Made by a program: the position numbers and the translations under genes | Part shown: positions 1 through 9,145 of the stretch, piece by piece | How the letters are laid out: the number at the start of each line of letters is the position of its first letter | How positions within the stretch are numbered: the first letter of the stretch is position 1 | The notes under the pieces: model-generated | Seen by the model: only the letters and a program-made list of their open reading frames with translations | What the model was told of the DNA's origin: nothing | Database searches by the model: none | Source: a virus | Lineage: Duplodnaviria; Caudoviricetes | DNA length: 64,000 bases | Direction: 5' to 3' (one strand) | IMG/VR virus record: IMGVR_UViG_3300033068_000963 | Span: 1-64,000 of that record

Positions 1-76
1 ACCACTTCCAGGGTCAGGAAGCCGACCTTGACGGAAGCGCCGGGGGTCCAGTCTTGCTTGGTGCGGGTGATCATGG
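1..76. repeat. Exact direct repeat, copy 1 (5' part of a small minus-strand gene, ATG at 74)
   Basis: Identical to 51994-52069; the copies diverge 2 nt upstream of the ATG. Confidence 0.97.
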
Positions 77-94
77 TGGCGTCTCCGGTTGCTC

Positions 95-180
95 TGATAA
101 CGAATATCCGTTACCCTGCTCGGAGTGTCAATAACGAATATACGAAAAGAGCGCGCCTTGACGGAAATTCAGATATCCGC
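95..180. promoter_or_regulatory. Divergent promoter region with repeated ATAACGAATAT (candidate RHH operator)
   Basis: Minus strand TTGACA-17-GATATT; ataacgaatat at about 97 and 131; plus-strand TTGACG at 158. Confidence 0.55.
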
Positions 181-193
181 AACAAGCCCGCGC

Positions 194-361
194 ATGGGGC
201 GTCCGAAACTCTGGGGAAAGCCTGTGCTCGTGAAGCTTCCCGAGGGGATGCCTGCCGAGATCGACAAGACGCTGGCTCCGGGCGAGGCGCGCACCGACTT
301 CATCCGCGCCGCCATCGAGGCCGAACTTAAGCGCCGCGAGAAGGCCAAGCCCAAGGGTTAG
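194..361 (+). CDS. Ribbon-helix-helix (CopG/Arc-like) DNA-binding protein
   Basis: MGRPKL..VLVKLPEGM..EID....RTDFIRAAIEAEL RHH pattern. Confidence 0.75.
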   Translation: MGRPKLWGKPVLVKLPEGMPAEIDKTLAPGEARTDFIRAAIEAELKRREKAKPKG

Positions 362-442
362 CCCGAAAGCTTGCGATTCCAGGGGGATCGGGTATGGTGG
401 GGACCTTCCTAGGGCTCCTGCCGATCACCGACTTCCGAACCG

Positions 443-473
443 AGCCCGCCGCCCACCAAAGCGGCGGGTTTCG
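443..473 (+). terminator. Intrinsic terminator
   Basis: cccgccgc/gcggcggg stem followed by tttc. Confidence 0.6.
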
Positions 474-498
474 TGTATCTGGCTCTCAGCCGGACAAG

Positions 499-530
499 CA
501 AAAGGCCCCGCACGTAAGCCGGGGCCTTTG
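499..530. terminator. Bidirectional intrinsic terminator
   Basis: aaaaggccccg..cggggcctttg. Confidence 0.7.
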
Positions 531-899
531 AAGGTGCTTCACTGGGGGAGCGGGCTTTAGCCGCCGGGGTGCATGGCGTCCTCCTGGGTCCGTCACAGGT
601 GGCTTGTGGGCCGATCTGGAACCCGAAACCTACGCCCACCCGCGCGGTCGTCAAGTCTTCTGGATCTCAATTTAGGACGACTTCAAGGACGCGGCCTCTA
701 GGACCTTCGCGAAATCCCTACCACACAAGGGATTGAGGCGGTTCCAACGGCTCCCGGAGCATCCCCCGAACCCGCGTCGCTCCCTGTGCATGGATGGCGC
801 AGAAACCCTTGCGCGCAAGGCCCTGACGAGGCGAGGGTGTCTCAGGCCGGTGCACCTCCAACCCAGGAAGCGCAGCCCGCTTTGAGGGTAATTTCAAGG
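531..899. other. Candidate attP region
   Basis: Non-coding stretch upstream of a P4-type integrase, with inverted repeats (aatccct..agggatt, ccttgcgcgcaagg) and GGTGCACCTCCA at 849-860. Confidence 0.4.
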
Positions 900-2162
900 A
901 TGGCGCGACGCCAGGCCAACCGACTGACCCACCGCGAGGTGCAGACGATCAAGGAGGCTGGCCGCCACGCCGATGGCCTGGGCCTCTACCTGCAAGTCGA
1001 TCCGAGCGACGTTCAGGAGGGCAAGCCGGACAAGGTCGGGGCGAAACGCTGGGTCTTCGTCTTCCAATGGCAGGGCAAGCGCAAGGAGATGGGCCTAGGG
1101 TCGGTGGAGTTCATCGACGTGAAGGTCGCCCGTGATCTGAGGGACGCGGCCCGCAAGCTGGTCTCCGAGGGCAAGAACCCGATCGAGGAACGGCGCCGGG
1201 AGCGGGAGGCGACGCCACCGCCGGCCGTCCCGCTGTTCGGGGTCTTCGCCAAGGAGATCGTGGCGGGCCTGCCGCTCAAGAACGCCAAGCACCGCGACCA
1301 GTGGGAGAAGACCCTCACCACCTACCAGCCGAACCTCCAGGCCCTGCCGGTGGACCAGATCACCACCCAGGATGTGCTTACCGCCCTGCGACCCCATTGG
1401 AAGCGCATCCATGAGACGGCGGAACGCATCAGGGGCCGCACAGAGCGGGTTCTGGACGCCGCCAGGGCCGCCGGGCATATCTCGGGGCCTTGGGAGAACC
1501 CCGCCCGCTGGAAGGGCCACCTGGCGCTCCTGTTGCCCCGCCCGGACGTGCAGGTCCGCCACCACCCCGCGCTCCCCTATGCCGAGATGGCCGACTTCAT
1601 GGCGAAGATCAGGGCCAGGCCATCGGTGAGCGCGCGGGCGCTGGAGTTCGCGATCCTCACCGCAGCGCGGACATCGGAGGTCCGGTTCGCGACATGGGGC
1701 GAGGTCGAGGGCGATGTCTGGACGGTTCCGGCTGAGCGGATGAAGGCCGGGCGGACGCACCGGGTCCCGCTGACCCAGGCCGTGCTCGACATCCTCGACG
1801 GACTGCGGCCGCCGCCAGAGGTCGAGATCAAGGGGCCGGGCTACATTTTCCCCGGATGGAAGGCGGGCGAGCCGCTGTCGAACATGTCGATGGACAAGAT
1901 CCTGCGCCTGGAGAAATCCGAGGCGACAGTACATGGCATGAGATCGACGTTCAGAGACTGGGCGGGCGACTGCACCAACTTCGCGGACGGGACCATCGAG
2001 GCGGCCCTGGCGCACCAAGTCGGGGACGAGACGGAGCGGGCCTATCGCCGCGGCGACGCGCTGTTGAAGCGGCGCAAGCTGATGGAGGCCTGGGCGGGGT
2101 TCTGCGCGGGTCGGACGGGGAAGGTCATCCCCATGTCCGGCTCACGCCGCGATGCGTCCTGA
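900..2162 (+). CDS. int: P4-family tyrosine integrase with arm-binding domain
   Basis: DGLGLYL N-terminus; catalytic R (TAARTSE), HGMRSTFRDW, LAH and AY motifs. Confidence 0.95.
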   Translation: MARRQANRLTHREVQTIKEAGRHADGLGLYLQVDPSDVQEGKPDKVGAKRWVFVFQWQGKRKEMGLGSVEFIDVKVARDLRDAARKLVSEGKNPIEERRREREATPPPAVPLFGVFAKEIVAGLPLKNAKHRDQWEKTLTTYQPNLQALPVDQITTQDVLTALRPHWKRIHETAERIRGRTERVLDAARAAGHISGPWENPARWKGHLALLLPRPDVQVRHHPALPYAEMADFMAKIRARPSVSARALEFAILTAARTSEVRFATWGEVEGDVWTVPAERMKAGRTHRVPLTQAVLDILDGLRPPPEVEIKGPGYIFPGWKAGEPLSNMSMDKILRLEKSEATVHGMRSTFRDWAGDCTNFADGTIEAALAHQVGDETERAYRRGDALLKRRKLMEAWAGFCAGRTGKVIPMSGSRRDAS

Positions 2163-2327
2163 CGCCTTGTCCAGCGCCTGGCGCAGCACGTCGGCGCGGA
2201 TCAGCGACCGGCCCGCCCAGGTGAACTTCTCCAACTGGCCGGCGCGGATCAGCCGATAGACCTGCGCCCGACTGACGCCGATGGCTGAGGCGGCTTCCTC
2301 GATGGTGAAGGAGAGCTTCTCGGTCAT
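2142..2327 (-). CDS. xis: Excisionase (HTH_17/AlpA-like)
   Basis: FTIEEAASAIGVSRAQVYRLI; convergent with int. Confidence 0.85.
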   Translation of the reverse strand: MTEKLSFTIEEAASAIGVSRAQVYRLIRAGQLEKFTWAGRSLIRADVLRQALDKASGRIAA

Positions 2328-2557
2328 GTCGTCTCTCCCCCTTGTCGATGGGAGGGGGTGTTTTCATCAGGAAGCGCCGTGCAGGTCCAAGACGTGCTGG
2401 TGTAGACTTCGACATTGAAGGTCTTCCCGCAGCCGTCGCACTCCATGTCGGTGAAGTTCATCTCGTCGTAATAGTGGGGCTCGTCGGCGGTGTACTGGCG
2501 GGCGCAGTAGGGACATTTCGGCCCCTCGTGTTCGTAGGTTTCGGCCAACTCGCTCAT
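2324..2557 (-). CDS. Small zinc-ribbon protein
   Basis: CPYC and CDGC; coupled to xis. Confidence 0.7.
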   Translation of the reverse strand: MSELAETYEHEGPKCPYCARQYTADEPHYYDEMNFTDMECDGCGKTFNVEVYTSTSWTCTALPDENTPSHRQGGETT

Positions 2558-2678
2558 GTCCCTTCCCCTCCCTGATCATCAGTAGGGATGGAGTTTGAAG
2601 GAATATGGCCGCACGAGCTGGCCTTAGTGGCGCGGGACCCTGCCCCCGCCACCCGAGAGGCGTTGCGATCTGGAGGGG

Positions 2679-3449
2679 TCATGGCTTCACCGTTCCGTCC
2701 TTGTTGTAGAACGGGCACGGCCCCAAACCGCAGCGAGCACAGGTCCGGGGATACGCGTTACCGTCGCGCCTTAAGACGTGCGTGCAGTTGACCAGGCCGG
2801 GAGGCTCGCGCTTTCCAGTATCCGAGGGGTTGGCCGGGATTATGCGGTAGGCGATGATGTCGTAGGCGTAGTCATTTATGGGCGCGTGGACCCACCCGAG
2901 ATTTTCAGAGGGAGCCCGCCCCCGACGCCCGCCCCGAAGCTCATAGTCCACCACCTTCCCCGGCGCTGGGTTCTCTCCTCCGTTCCATTGGATGAAGGGG
3001 GGAGTTGAAGGATTATGGCGGCCCGATCCAGTCGTGCCTGGCTCGACTTGCGAGCCATCGGCAGGCGAAGTGACCTCTTGCCCGGTGGAGAGGGCCTTCC
3101 GCATCGCGGGGTGGTCGAGATAGGTCCCGAACACGTCGTCCAGATACTTCGGATAGCAGGGGATTTCCCGGTCTGACAGTTCGCCCGCTACGGCGAGACG
3201 GACATCATCGTCGCTGGCGATGCTCATCAGACGGGCGGCGAGTGACAGCCCAGGAGCGGAGACCGGGGAGGCGAGACCCTCCAAGTGGCTGATCAGGTCC
3301 GTGGCCGCATACATCATCTTCTCGCCAAGCTTCATGGTCGCGATGATGTCGGTGCAAGGGTCCATGCTCCATTGGCTGACAGCCGCGTCCCACGCCTTCG
3401 TCAGCCTCCCCGTCTCTTCGGGTGGGTTAGAGGTCATTGGAGCGACCAC
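2679..3449 (-). CDS. Mosaic hypothetical protein with Cys-rich C-terminus
   Basis: Long ORF in the early-left operon; CARCGLGPC. Confidence 0.6.
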   Translation of the reverse strand: MVAPMTSNPPEETGRLTKAWDAAVSQWSMDPCTDIIATMKLGEKMMYAATDLISHLEGLASPVSAPGLSLAARLMSIASDDDVRLAVAGELSDREIPCYPKYLDDVFGTYLDHPAMRKALSTGQEVTSPADGSQVEPGTTGSGRHNPSTPPFIQWNGGENPAPGKVVDYELRGGRRGRAPSENLGWVHAPINDYAYDIIAYRIIPANPSDTGKREPPGLVNCTHVLRRDGNAYPRTCARCGLGPCPFYNKDGTVKP

Positions 3450-3619
3450 AGCGTTTCGCCGGTCACCGCGTCGGTGATCTTCAGCGTGCCAGGGTTGAGC
3501 GCGGCGTGCTCTCCAAGCAGTTCCCGCGTGTCATCCGCATAGACCATGATCGGGTAGAACATCTCCTTGCGGTGGAAGATTACGGGGCGGGTCGGCATGT
3601 CGGTTCTGCGCGCGGTCAT
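3434..3619 (-). CDS. Hypothetical protein
   Basis: GGAG RBS; operon context. Confidence 0.55.
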   Translation of the reverse strand: MTARRTDMPTRPVIFHRKEMFYPIMVYADDTRELLGEHAALNPGTLKITDAVTGETLWSLQ

Positions 3620-3664
3620 GTCAGATGTCTCCGTGTTCAAGGGCGTCGCGGGCGATGTTTTCCA

Positions 3665-3973
3665 TCATTCATCTCCACTAGAGGGGGAGGCATCCAGCAA
3701 GCCGGGGTGCGCCGGGTCATTCCAGATGCGGGATGCGCGGGGCGGGTCTCGGAGCCACCGGGCTTCGTCTCGGGCGTTTGCCGCTCGCCGCATTGCGGGA
3801 GTTTTGAAGCCGCAATGAAACTGATGGTTATCGCTCGCAGATGCGATGAAGCCGGTCACGTTCGACTTCCCAGCCCTGGCCGGATCGCTGGACCGGCTGC
3901 GTCCCTTGGTGTCCCACTGGCGCCCGCAATGCGCGCAGATGAACCGATAGGGGCTGCTCGTGCGGCCCATCAC
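3665..3973 (-). CDS. Hypothetical protein (CAHC motif)
   Basis: Stop/start overlap with the upstream gene. Confidence 0.55.
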   Translation of the reverse strand: MMGRTSSPYRFICAHCGRQWDTKGRSRSSDPARAGKSNVTGFIASASDNHQFHCGFKTPAMRRAANARDEARWLRDPPRASRIWNDPAHPGLLDASPSSGDE

Positions 3974-4302
3974 GCATCACCTTCAGCAGGTTTGGGGGAG
4001 GCATCCGATAGGCTGGCGGTGAAGGTGAGAGCGGCCTTCTCCATCTTCGTCTGAACGTCAGGATCTAGTTCGCTCCAGGGCACGACTTTGGAGCCCGGTT
4101 CGGCAGCGGCGACGGCATCGAACAGCCTCTCCCCCAGGCTCTTTGATCCGTCATATCCAGACGGTTGGGCTTCGGAGCGGGCGGCGTCGAGGATCGCGCG
4201 GGCGACGCGTTGGTGCAGATGGTTCCGCCCGGCCCCGATCATGCCCCGACCGCCGTCGTGGATCGCTTTCAGCGCGAGCGTTTCAGCTTCCTCATAGGTC
4301 AT
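3970..4302 (-). CDS. Hypothetical protein
   Basis: Coupled ORF beginning MTYEEAE. Confidence 0.55.
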   Translation of the reverse strand: MTYEEAETLALKAIHDGGRGMIGAGRNHLHQRVARAILDAARSEAQPSGYDGSKSLGERLFDAVAAAEPGSKVVPWSELDPDVQTKMEKAALTFTASLSDASPKPAEGDA

Positions 4303-5080
4303 GGTCAGCGTCCTTGTTCTGGGAGGCGAGGAGAAGGGGTTCGTCCGTTGCCGAGAGTGCTGCCTCGCTGCGCTGCGGCCCCGAGAGGTCGGTTTCTGCT
4401 GGAGGGGCGGCCCTGACGATAGGGACCAGCGTGAAGCCCTCCCGCCGATCAATCACCGTCCGGCCTAGGGGTTGGTTCGCCGCCTCGCAGTTCGGACAGC
4501 CGCCAGGATAGCTGCCGTTGCCCATCAGGGTGCGCATGGGGCGCATTTCCCCCTCGTGGCCCTCCCAGCCGCAGGCCTTACAAACCTTGTTGTCGTATCG
4601 CCTCCATTTGTGCGGAGCCGCATCCCAATGGGCAGGAAACTCCGCTTCAAGCGGGGCGAGGAGCGGCAGGAGGACAGGCTCAACGCGCGGGCGGCAGGTC
4701 TCGCAGAATCCCACGCCGATGTGGTTCTGTACGGTGACGAAGCCCTGGTTTAGGTCGAATGCCGCGAAGGTCTTCGGCGCGCTGTAGTTCGGCGCTCCCT
4801 TGCGGTGATACTTGCCCGCTCGGGGATAAACGAAATAGCCGTCCTTGCGACCGCAGCACGGGCAAGATGAGACGCGAGTGCGGCTCAGGGTCAAACGTCC
4901 CTTCTCGCGCGCTGTCGCCACAATCGTCGCCACCATCGCGGCTTCCTTTTCGGAGAGCCCCGACAACGACAGAGCAAGCGTATCCTTGGCCCGGTCCACG
5001 ACGGCCTGCGCCTCCGCGCTCACGAGCCCGTCAAGGTGCGCGGCTTCCGAAGCCGTTAGTTTGAGGGTGAACTCGCCCAT
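4292..5080 (-). CDS. Multi-CxxC zinc-binding protein
   Basis: CPCC, CETC, CKAC and CPNC. Confidence 0.65.
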   Translation of the reverse strand: MGEFTLKLTASEAAHLDGLVSAEAQAVVDRAKDTLALSLSGLSEKEAAMVATIVATAREKGRLTLSRTRVSSCPCCGRKDGYFVYPRAGKYHRKGAPNYSAPKTFAAFDLNQGFVTVQNHIGVGFCETCRPRVEPVLLPLLAPLEAEFPAHWDAAPHKWRRYDNKVCKACGWEGHEGEMRPMRTLMGNGSYPGGCPNCEAANQPLGRTVIDRREGFTLVPIVRAAPPAETDLSGPQRSEAALSATDEPLLLASQNKDADHDL

Positions 5081-5233
5081 CAGCCCCGCCCTCCATCGGA
5101 GTGCTGCGGCAAAGTCAGGACGGGGTTGGGGCCCCGTTCCGCGCAAGGCTGGGAGCGGGAGGCCAAGTCATTGTTTTCACGCATTACTCTTGCTCCAGGG
5201 CCTTAACCCTATCTGCGGCTTGTTCTGTAGGGG

Positions 5234-5398
5234 TCATGAAAGCCCCCAGAAAATGGTGAAAAGGCTCATGATGGAGAGCAGCGCCAACGCCAACTTCAGG
5301 CTGATGTTGAGCAAGGTGTCCGACTTCCACATTGCGAACAGGAGCCCGGCAAGAGCTGCGGCGACATAAGGCTGCGATGCGATGATGAGGTCTTTCAT
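5234..5398 (-). CDS. Small membrane protein (54 aa, not in the ORF track)
   Basis: MKDLIIASQPYVAAALAGLLFAMW..LALALLSIMSLFTIFWGLS; ATGA overlaps at both ends. Confidence 0.6.
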   Translation of the reverse strand: MKDLIIASQPYVAAALAGLLFAMWKSDTLLNISLKLALALLSIMSLFTIFWGLS

Positions 5399-5610
5399 TG
5401 GTCACCTGTCGGATTGAGGTAGGCCCTGCCGGCCGGAAGGATCTGGAAGCCGGGGTTAAGGCCCAGGCGGCGAGGAACGATCAGCCCGTCGTCGATCAGC
5501 CCTTGAAGGTGGGGCAGGGCCTTCTCGTAGTCCTCGGGGCTGTAGCCGCAGCGGCCCTTGGTGCGGGCGGCGAGTTCGGAGAGGAAGGCGCGTTCGGTTG
5601 GCGTTCTCAT
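5395..5610 (-). CDS. Winged-helix-like hypothetical protein
   Basis: L..LIDDGLI......FQILPAGR pattern. Confidence 0.55.
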   Translation of the reverse strand: MRTPTERAFLSELAARTKGRCGYSPEDYEKALPHLQGLIDDGLIVPRRLGLNPGFQILPAGRAYLNPTGDQ

Positions 5611-5942
5611 CGGAAGCCCCGCGACTGGATTTTCTGTTTGGACTTCGGCCAAATCCCGAGGTGCTTGGCCCGCATCCGGTAGACGTGGGATTTCTCCTCA
5701 ACGTCCTCGGCGGTCTTCTCGCGGTGCTTGTCGCGCAGGGCCGGGGCAAGGTTGCTCTCGCGATGCTCTCCGCCGTTGATCAGGGCCACGATGTGGTCGC
5801 AGTCCCATTCCTCGCCGGCTCGGATCTTCCGGCCTGACAGGTGGCAGATGCCGCCGTGCCGCTCGAACACGCGCAGGCGCACGCGGGGCGGGATGGGGGT
5901 GTCGTGGGTCTTGCCCCGCCACTCGGGGACGCTGCGGGCCAT
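5607..5942 (-). CDS. HNH endonuclease
   Basis: DHIVALINGG..RESNL....H..KT. Confidence 0.9.
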   Translation of the reverse strand: MARSVPEWRGKTHDTPIPPRVRLRVFERHGGICHLSGRKIRAGEEWDCDHIVALINGGEHRESNLAPALRDKHREKTAEDVEEKSHVYRMRAKHLGIWPKSKQKIQSRGFR

Positions 5943-6127
5943 CAGGATTTCCCCCGCACATCCCGCCCGCCGGTCAGCCGCTCAGCGACGCGGAACCGGC
6001 CGCACCAGTGGTGGCGGAAGACCTGAACCGTCATCGGCCCCTCGCGACATTCCAGGTTGGCGGCGCCGATGGGCGGCTCAGCGCCGTCCGGCCCCCGACC
6101 CCAAGCGCAGTTCTCGCAGGCCCTCAT
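5942..6127 (-). CDS. Small Cys-rich protein
   Basis: CENC..C..WCG.F. Confidence 0.6.
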   Translation of the reverse strand: MRACENCAWGRGPDGAEPPIGAANLECREGPMTVQVFRHHWCGRFRVAERLTGGRDVRGKS

Positions 6128-6441
6128 GCCGCCCTCCGCTGTTCACCAGCCGCAGCCGCGCCGGCCACATGGCCCGCCCGCGAGAGCGCCCACCGGATCG
6201 ACTGGCGGTCGCACCCGAAGACCAGGGACAGGCCGTATTGCGAACACCCGGTCTCGCGGATGATCCTGGCCCAGGCACGGTGACGGGCGGCGATGTTGGC
6301 GGCGCCGCGGTCGAACCCTTCGACGCGGTTGAGCCCCATCACGGCCTCGACGGATGCCCCGGCCTTGCGGGCTTCCTCGGTGGCGATGCGGATTACGTCG
6401 GCCCTGGTGGGGCGGCGGATGGTTCGGGGTCTATGGAGCAC
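6124..6441 (-). CDS. DnaA domain IV-like HTH protein
   Basis: V.AVMG..R....AARH.AW...S...L..VFGCDRQSI resembles the Bac_DnaA_C pattern. Confidence 0.55.
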   Translation of the reverse strand: MLHRPRTIRRPTRADVIRIATEEARKAGASVEAVMGLNRVEGFDRGAANIAARHRAWARIIRETGCSQYGLSLVFGCDRQSIRWALSRAGHVAGAAAAGEQRRAA

Positions 6442-6731
6442 TACGCAGCCCTCCCGAAGATCCGAACCGTCGGCGCGGCCTGCCAGATCACCAAGTCCTC
6501 GCCGCCTTCGAGCACCTTCAGCCCGTCGCGGCCCTGGGGCAGGATGTGGAGGACGCCGCGGCGATCCACGACCAGGCCGTCGGTGAGCATGGTCTGGCCG
6601 ATGTTCCAGACCTGGCGGCGCCGCATCGGAAGGAACATGCCGATCGCGTCGGCCAGTTCGAGGATGGTGGCCGGGCGCTCGGCGAGGATGCGAAGCATTT
6701 GGTGGCCGCGACCGTTGACGCTGTAGGTCAT
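6441..6731 (-). CDS. Winged-helix protein
   Basis: ATILELADAIG HTH. Confidence 0.55.
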   Translation of the reverse strand: MTYSVNGRGHQMLRILAERPATILELADAIGMFLPMRRRQVWNIGQTMLTDGLVVDRRGVLHILPQGRDGLKVLEGGEDLVIWQAAPTVRIFGRAA

Positions 6732-7435
6732 CAGCCCTGCTCCCGGCTCGCTAGGGCCTTGCGGCGCCCGCGGAACGCTGCGTTGAGGCTATTGGCGAGG
6801 CCGGGCGACGCCTCATGCAGCCGCCCGAAGGACTCAGCCATGCCGGGCCCGTTCGTGTGGGCATCGATCTCCGCGACACTGCGGAAGGTTTCCAGCAGGC
6901 GGTTCTGCTCCGAAGCCCAGACCGCCGGATCGTAGTCGTCGGCCTTAACGCGATCGCCAGGGAAGCCGCCATCGTCCACGTCGTGCTGCTCAACCTCTTC
7001 GCGCGGCGGGGAGCGTCGGGCTTGGTCAAGCGGCTCGACCGGCGCGCGGAGCGCCTTCACGGTATAGGCCTGTTTCTGTCCGCGCTTGACGGCGAGCGGC
7101 CACGTCGTGTCGCGCGGGATGTGGCTCATGTGCGAGATGCGGATCCCGCCCACCTTGATCCCGCCGAACTGAACGCCCTCGTCGCGGAAAAGCGTCATCC
7201 GCTTTCCGATGTAGTCCTTGCCCTCGGGCCCCCACGCAAAGACCAGAACCCGGCGCATTGATTTGCAGGGCTTGTAGGGCTTGCGGTCATCGCCTTCGAA
7301 GTGGACCGCGATGGGCTGCTCGCCCTCATCGCAACCGCGCACGTCGGTAATAGTGATGGTGATCGAGCCGCCGATCAGGTCGTCGGAATTTAGCTGGTCG
7401 GACTTAGCGATGATGGTTTTGGAGAGGTTGGTCAT
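6731..7435 (-). CDS. Probable recombination partner (ssDNA-binding/annealing) of the exonuclease
   Basis: SDQLNSDDL motif; coupled to YqaJ; function inferred from synteny. Confidence 0.55.
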   Translation of the reverse strand: MTNLSKTIIAKSDQLNSDDLIGGSITITITDVRGCDEGEQPIAVHFEGDDRKPYKPCKSMRRVLVFAWGPEGKDYIGKRMTLFRDEGVQFGGIKVGGIRISHMSHIPRDTTWPLAVKRGQKQAYTVKALRAPVEPLDQARRSPPREEVEQHDVDDGGFPGDRVKADDYDPAVWASEQNRLLETFRSVAEIDAHTNGPGMAESFGRLHEASPGLANSLNAAFRGRRKALASREQG

Positions 7436-8112
7436 ATCTGAATTTCATCCCGTTCAGGGCGGCGTTCCGTGGAGCGGAAGCCGTTCTTCATGAGTTGGTC
7501 GTGGTAGGCGGCCGTCACCTCGACCACGCGGGCCTCGAAGGCGGCGGCGGCGGTAAGGATGGCGTCTTGGATTTCGGGGATCGGCTCGGCGCGGATCACG
7601 GCCATCGGGAGGCCTGCGCTATAGGACAGGAAGTCCCACCACTTGCGCTCAGTCACGAGAAGGCAGGTTTGCACCTGAATGACGTGTTCGACCGGGATGA
7701 CGCCCTTGGCGATGGTCTCGATCTGGAAACGCTGGCGCCGGGACTTGGACTCGATCCCGCCGTCTTCCCCGACCAGGCCGTCCGGTGAGCAGCCGAGCGT
7801 AAAGCCCCAGCGGTCGTTGGTGATGAAGCCGACCTGTTCGACCTCTGCGTAGTGCCGGCTGTAGAGGTCGCGGGCGTCGAACTCGTCTTCATGGCCGCGC
7901 AACATCTCGTCGCCGAGGTAGGTGGCCTCGATGTGGCCGGAGATCCGTTGCGCCGCGAGCTCGTAGACGTGCGCGCGCTCCTTGTCGTTGCTGGCGGCCT
8001 TGGCCGTCGGCGTGACGATCTTCGACATTTCCGACGCCGTCAGCAGACCCAGGCGGGCCGCGAACCATTGCTCGGTGCCTTGGACGAGATCGTGGTGGAT
8101 GGTGATCGCCAT
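7432..8112 (-). CDS. YqaJ/lambda-type exonuclease
   Basis: QGTEQWFAARLG.LTAS, CSPDGLV, ESK and QVQ motifs. Confidence 0.9.
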   Translation of the reverse strand: MAITIHHDLVQGTEQWFAARLGLLTASEMSKIVTPTAKAASNDKERAHVYELAAQRISGHIEATYLGDEMLRGHEDEFDARDLYSRHYAEVEQVGFITNDRWGFTLGCSPDGLVGEDGGIESKSRRQRFQIETIAKGVIPVEHVIQVQTCLLVTERKWWDFLSYSAGLPMAVIRAEPIPEIQDAILTAAAAFEARVVEVTAAYHDQLMKNGFRSTERRPERDEIQI

Positions 8113-8390
8113 CAGGCCACCCGCGCCCCGATGGCCTGAGCCGTCGTCAGGTTCGTCTCGATGGTGTTGGAGAGCCTGAGGTAGACGTCGCGCTGGCCCG
8201 CCGGCAGCGAGGTCAGTTCGGCGGCCTCGGCCAGGCGCCCGGCGATGTCGACAAGATCGGCGTGCAGGGTTGCGCGGGCCTCGAAGGCGACCTCGCGGGC
8301 CTCGGCTTCTAGACGGCGCACCCGGTCGCCGACGGTCTCGCGGCTGCGGAGCGTGTCGTCGGGGCGGATGGGGGTCACGGTCTGGGCCAT
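8112..8390 (-). CDS. Hypothetical protein
   Basis: GGAGG RBS; operon context. Confidence 0.65.
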   Translation of the reverse strand: MAQTVTPIRPDDTLRSRETVGDRVRRLEAEAREVAFEARATLHADLVDIAGRLAEAAELTSLPAGQRDVYLRLSNTIETNLTTAQAIGARVA

Positions 8391-8392
8391 GC

Positions 8393-8596
8393 TCAGCCCT
8401 CCGCCTTGTCTTGGGTCGGGCGGTAGGCTTCCCCACCCTTGCGGCCGGCAGATGCGGCGAGGTCGCGGTTCTTGGCGAAGGAGCGTTTCTCGCTCGGCAC
8501 GCTGGCTCCCCCTTTTCGGGCGATCTCCAGGCGCTTTGCCGGGTCCATCGCGGCGAACCCCTTCGGGCGGGCCTTCGGGATGGTGGTGTCGGTCAT
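8393..8596 (-). CDS. KGG-repeat general stress protein (YciG/GsiB/Con-10-like)
   Basis: GFAAMD..EIARKGG..SF..RDLAASAGRKGG. Confidence 0.85.
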   Translation of the reverse strand: MTDTTIPKARPKGFAAMDPAKRLEIARKGGASVPSEKRSFAKNRDLAASAGRKGGEAYRPTQDKAEG

Positions 8597-8597
8597 G

Positions 8598-9011
8598 TCA
8601 GGCGTCCTCGGGCATGGCGCATCGCAGCGCCGTTTCAGCGGCAAGCCGCCGGATGATCCCCGCCTTGACCGCCTCGACGGCCTCGGGGGGCAGGTTGTGG
8701 GAGAAGTGGACGGAGGCGGAAGCCCGACCGGCGATCATCTGGCCGTGGAGGACCGCGCGCTGGGCGGGGTTGAGGTTGCGCCACTTCTGAATGTCGAAAT
8801 CGCCGAACAGGATTCCCTGCGGCGACCGTGCCTGCATCCGCCCGACCGAGAAGCCCATCGACCCCAGCCAGTCCGTCGCGGCGCGCATGGCGCTGAACGC
8901 TCCCTCGCCTTCGAAGACGTGGGACTTGAACACGGCGGCGTGGAGGTCTTCGGCGGCGTCGATGTGCTGACGCAGGGCCGAGGCGGTGGCGAGGTGCGCG
9001 AGCGCGTTCAC
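8598..9011 (-). CDS. Hypothetical protein
   Basis: GFSVGRMQ..P.GI..GDFDIQKWRNL. Confidence 0.65.
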   Translation of the reverse strand: MNALAHLATASALRQHIDAAEDLHAAVFKSHVFEGEGAFSAMRAATDWLGSMGFSVGRMQARSPQGILFGDFDIQKWRNLNPAQRAVLHGQMIAGRASASVHFSHNLPPEAVEAVKAGIIRRLAAETALRCAMPEDA

Positions 9012-9145
9012 AGCTTCACCGCCTCAGGCATGTGCGTCAGCGCCCAACCGGCCCCCATGACCAGCACCCCAAGCAGCACGTAGGCGGCAAGAGCGAGAAT
9101 CAGGACCCAGAGGCCGGAGCGTTCGGGGATGAGGGGCAAGCGCAT
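9008..9145 (-). CDS. Small single-TM protein (45 aa)
   Basis: LWVLILALAAYVLLGVLVMGAGWAL; coupled at both ends. Confidence 0.55.
   Translation of the reverse strand: MRLPLIPERSGLWVLILALAAYVLLGVLVMGAGWALTHMPEAVKL

Noticed and set aside
786-899. N-terminal extension of the integrase ORF
   Set aside because: The recognisable domain starts at ATG 900; the upstream part looks like att/promoter DNA.
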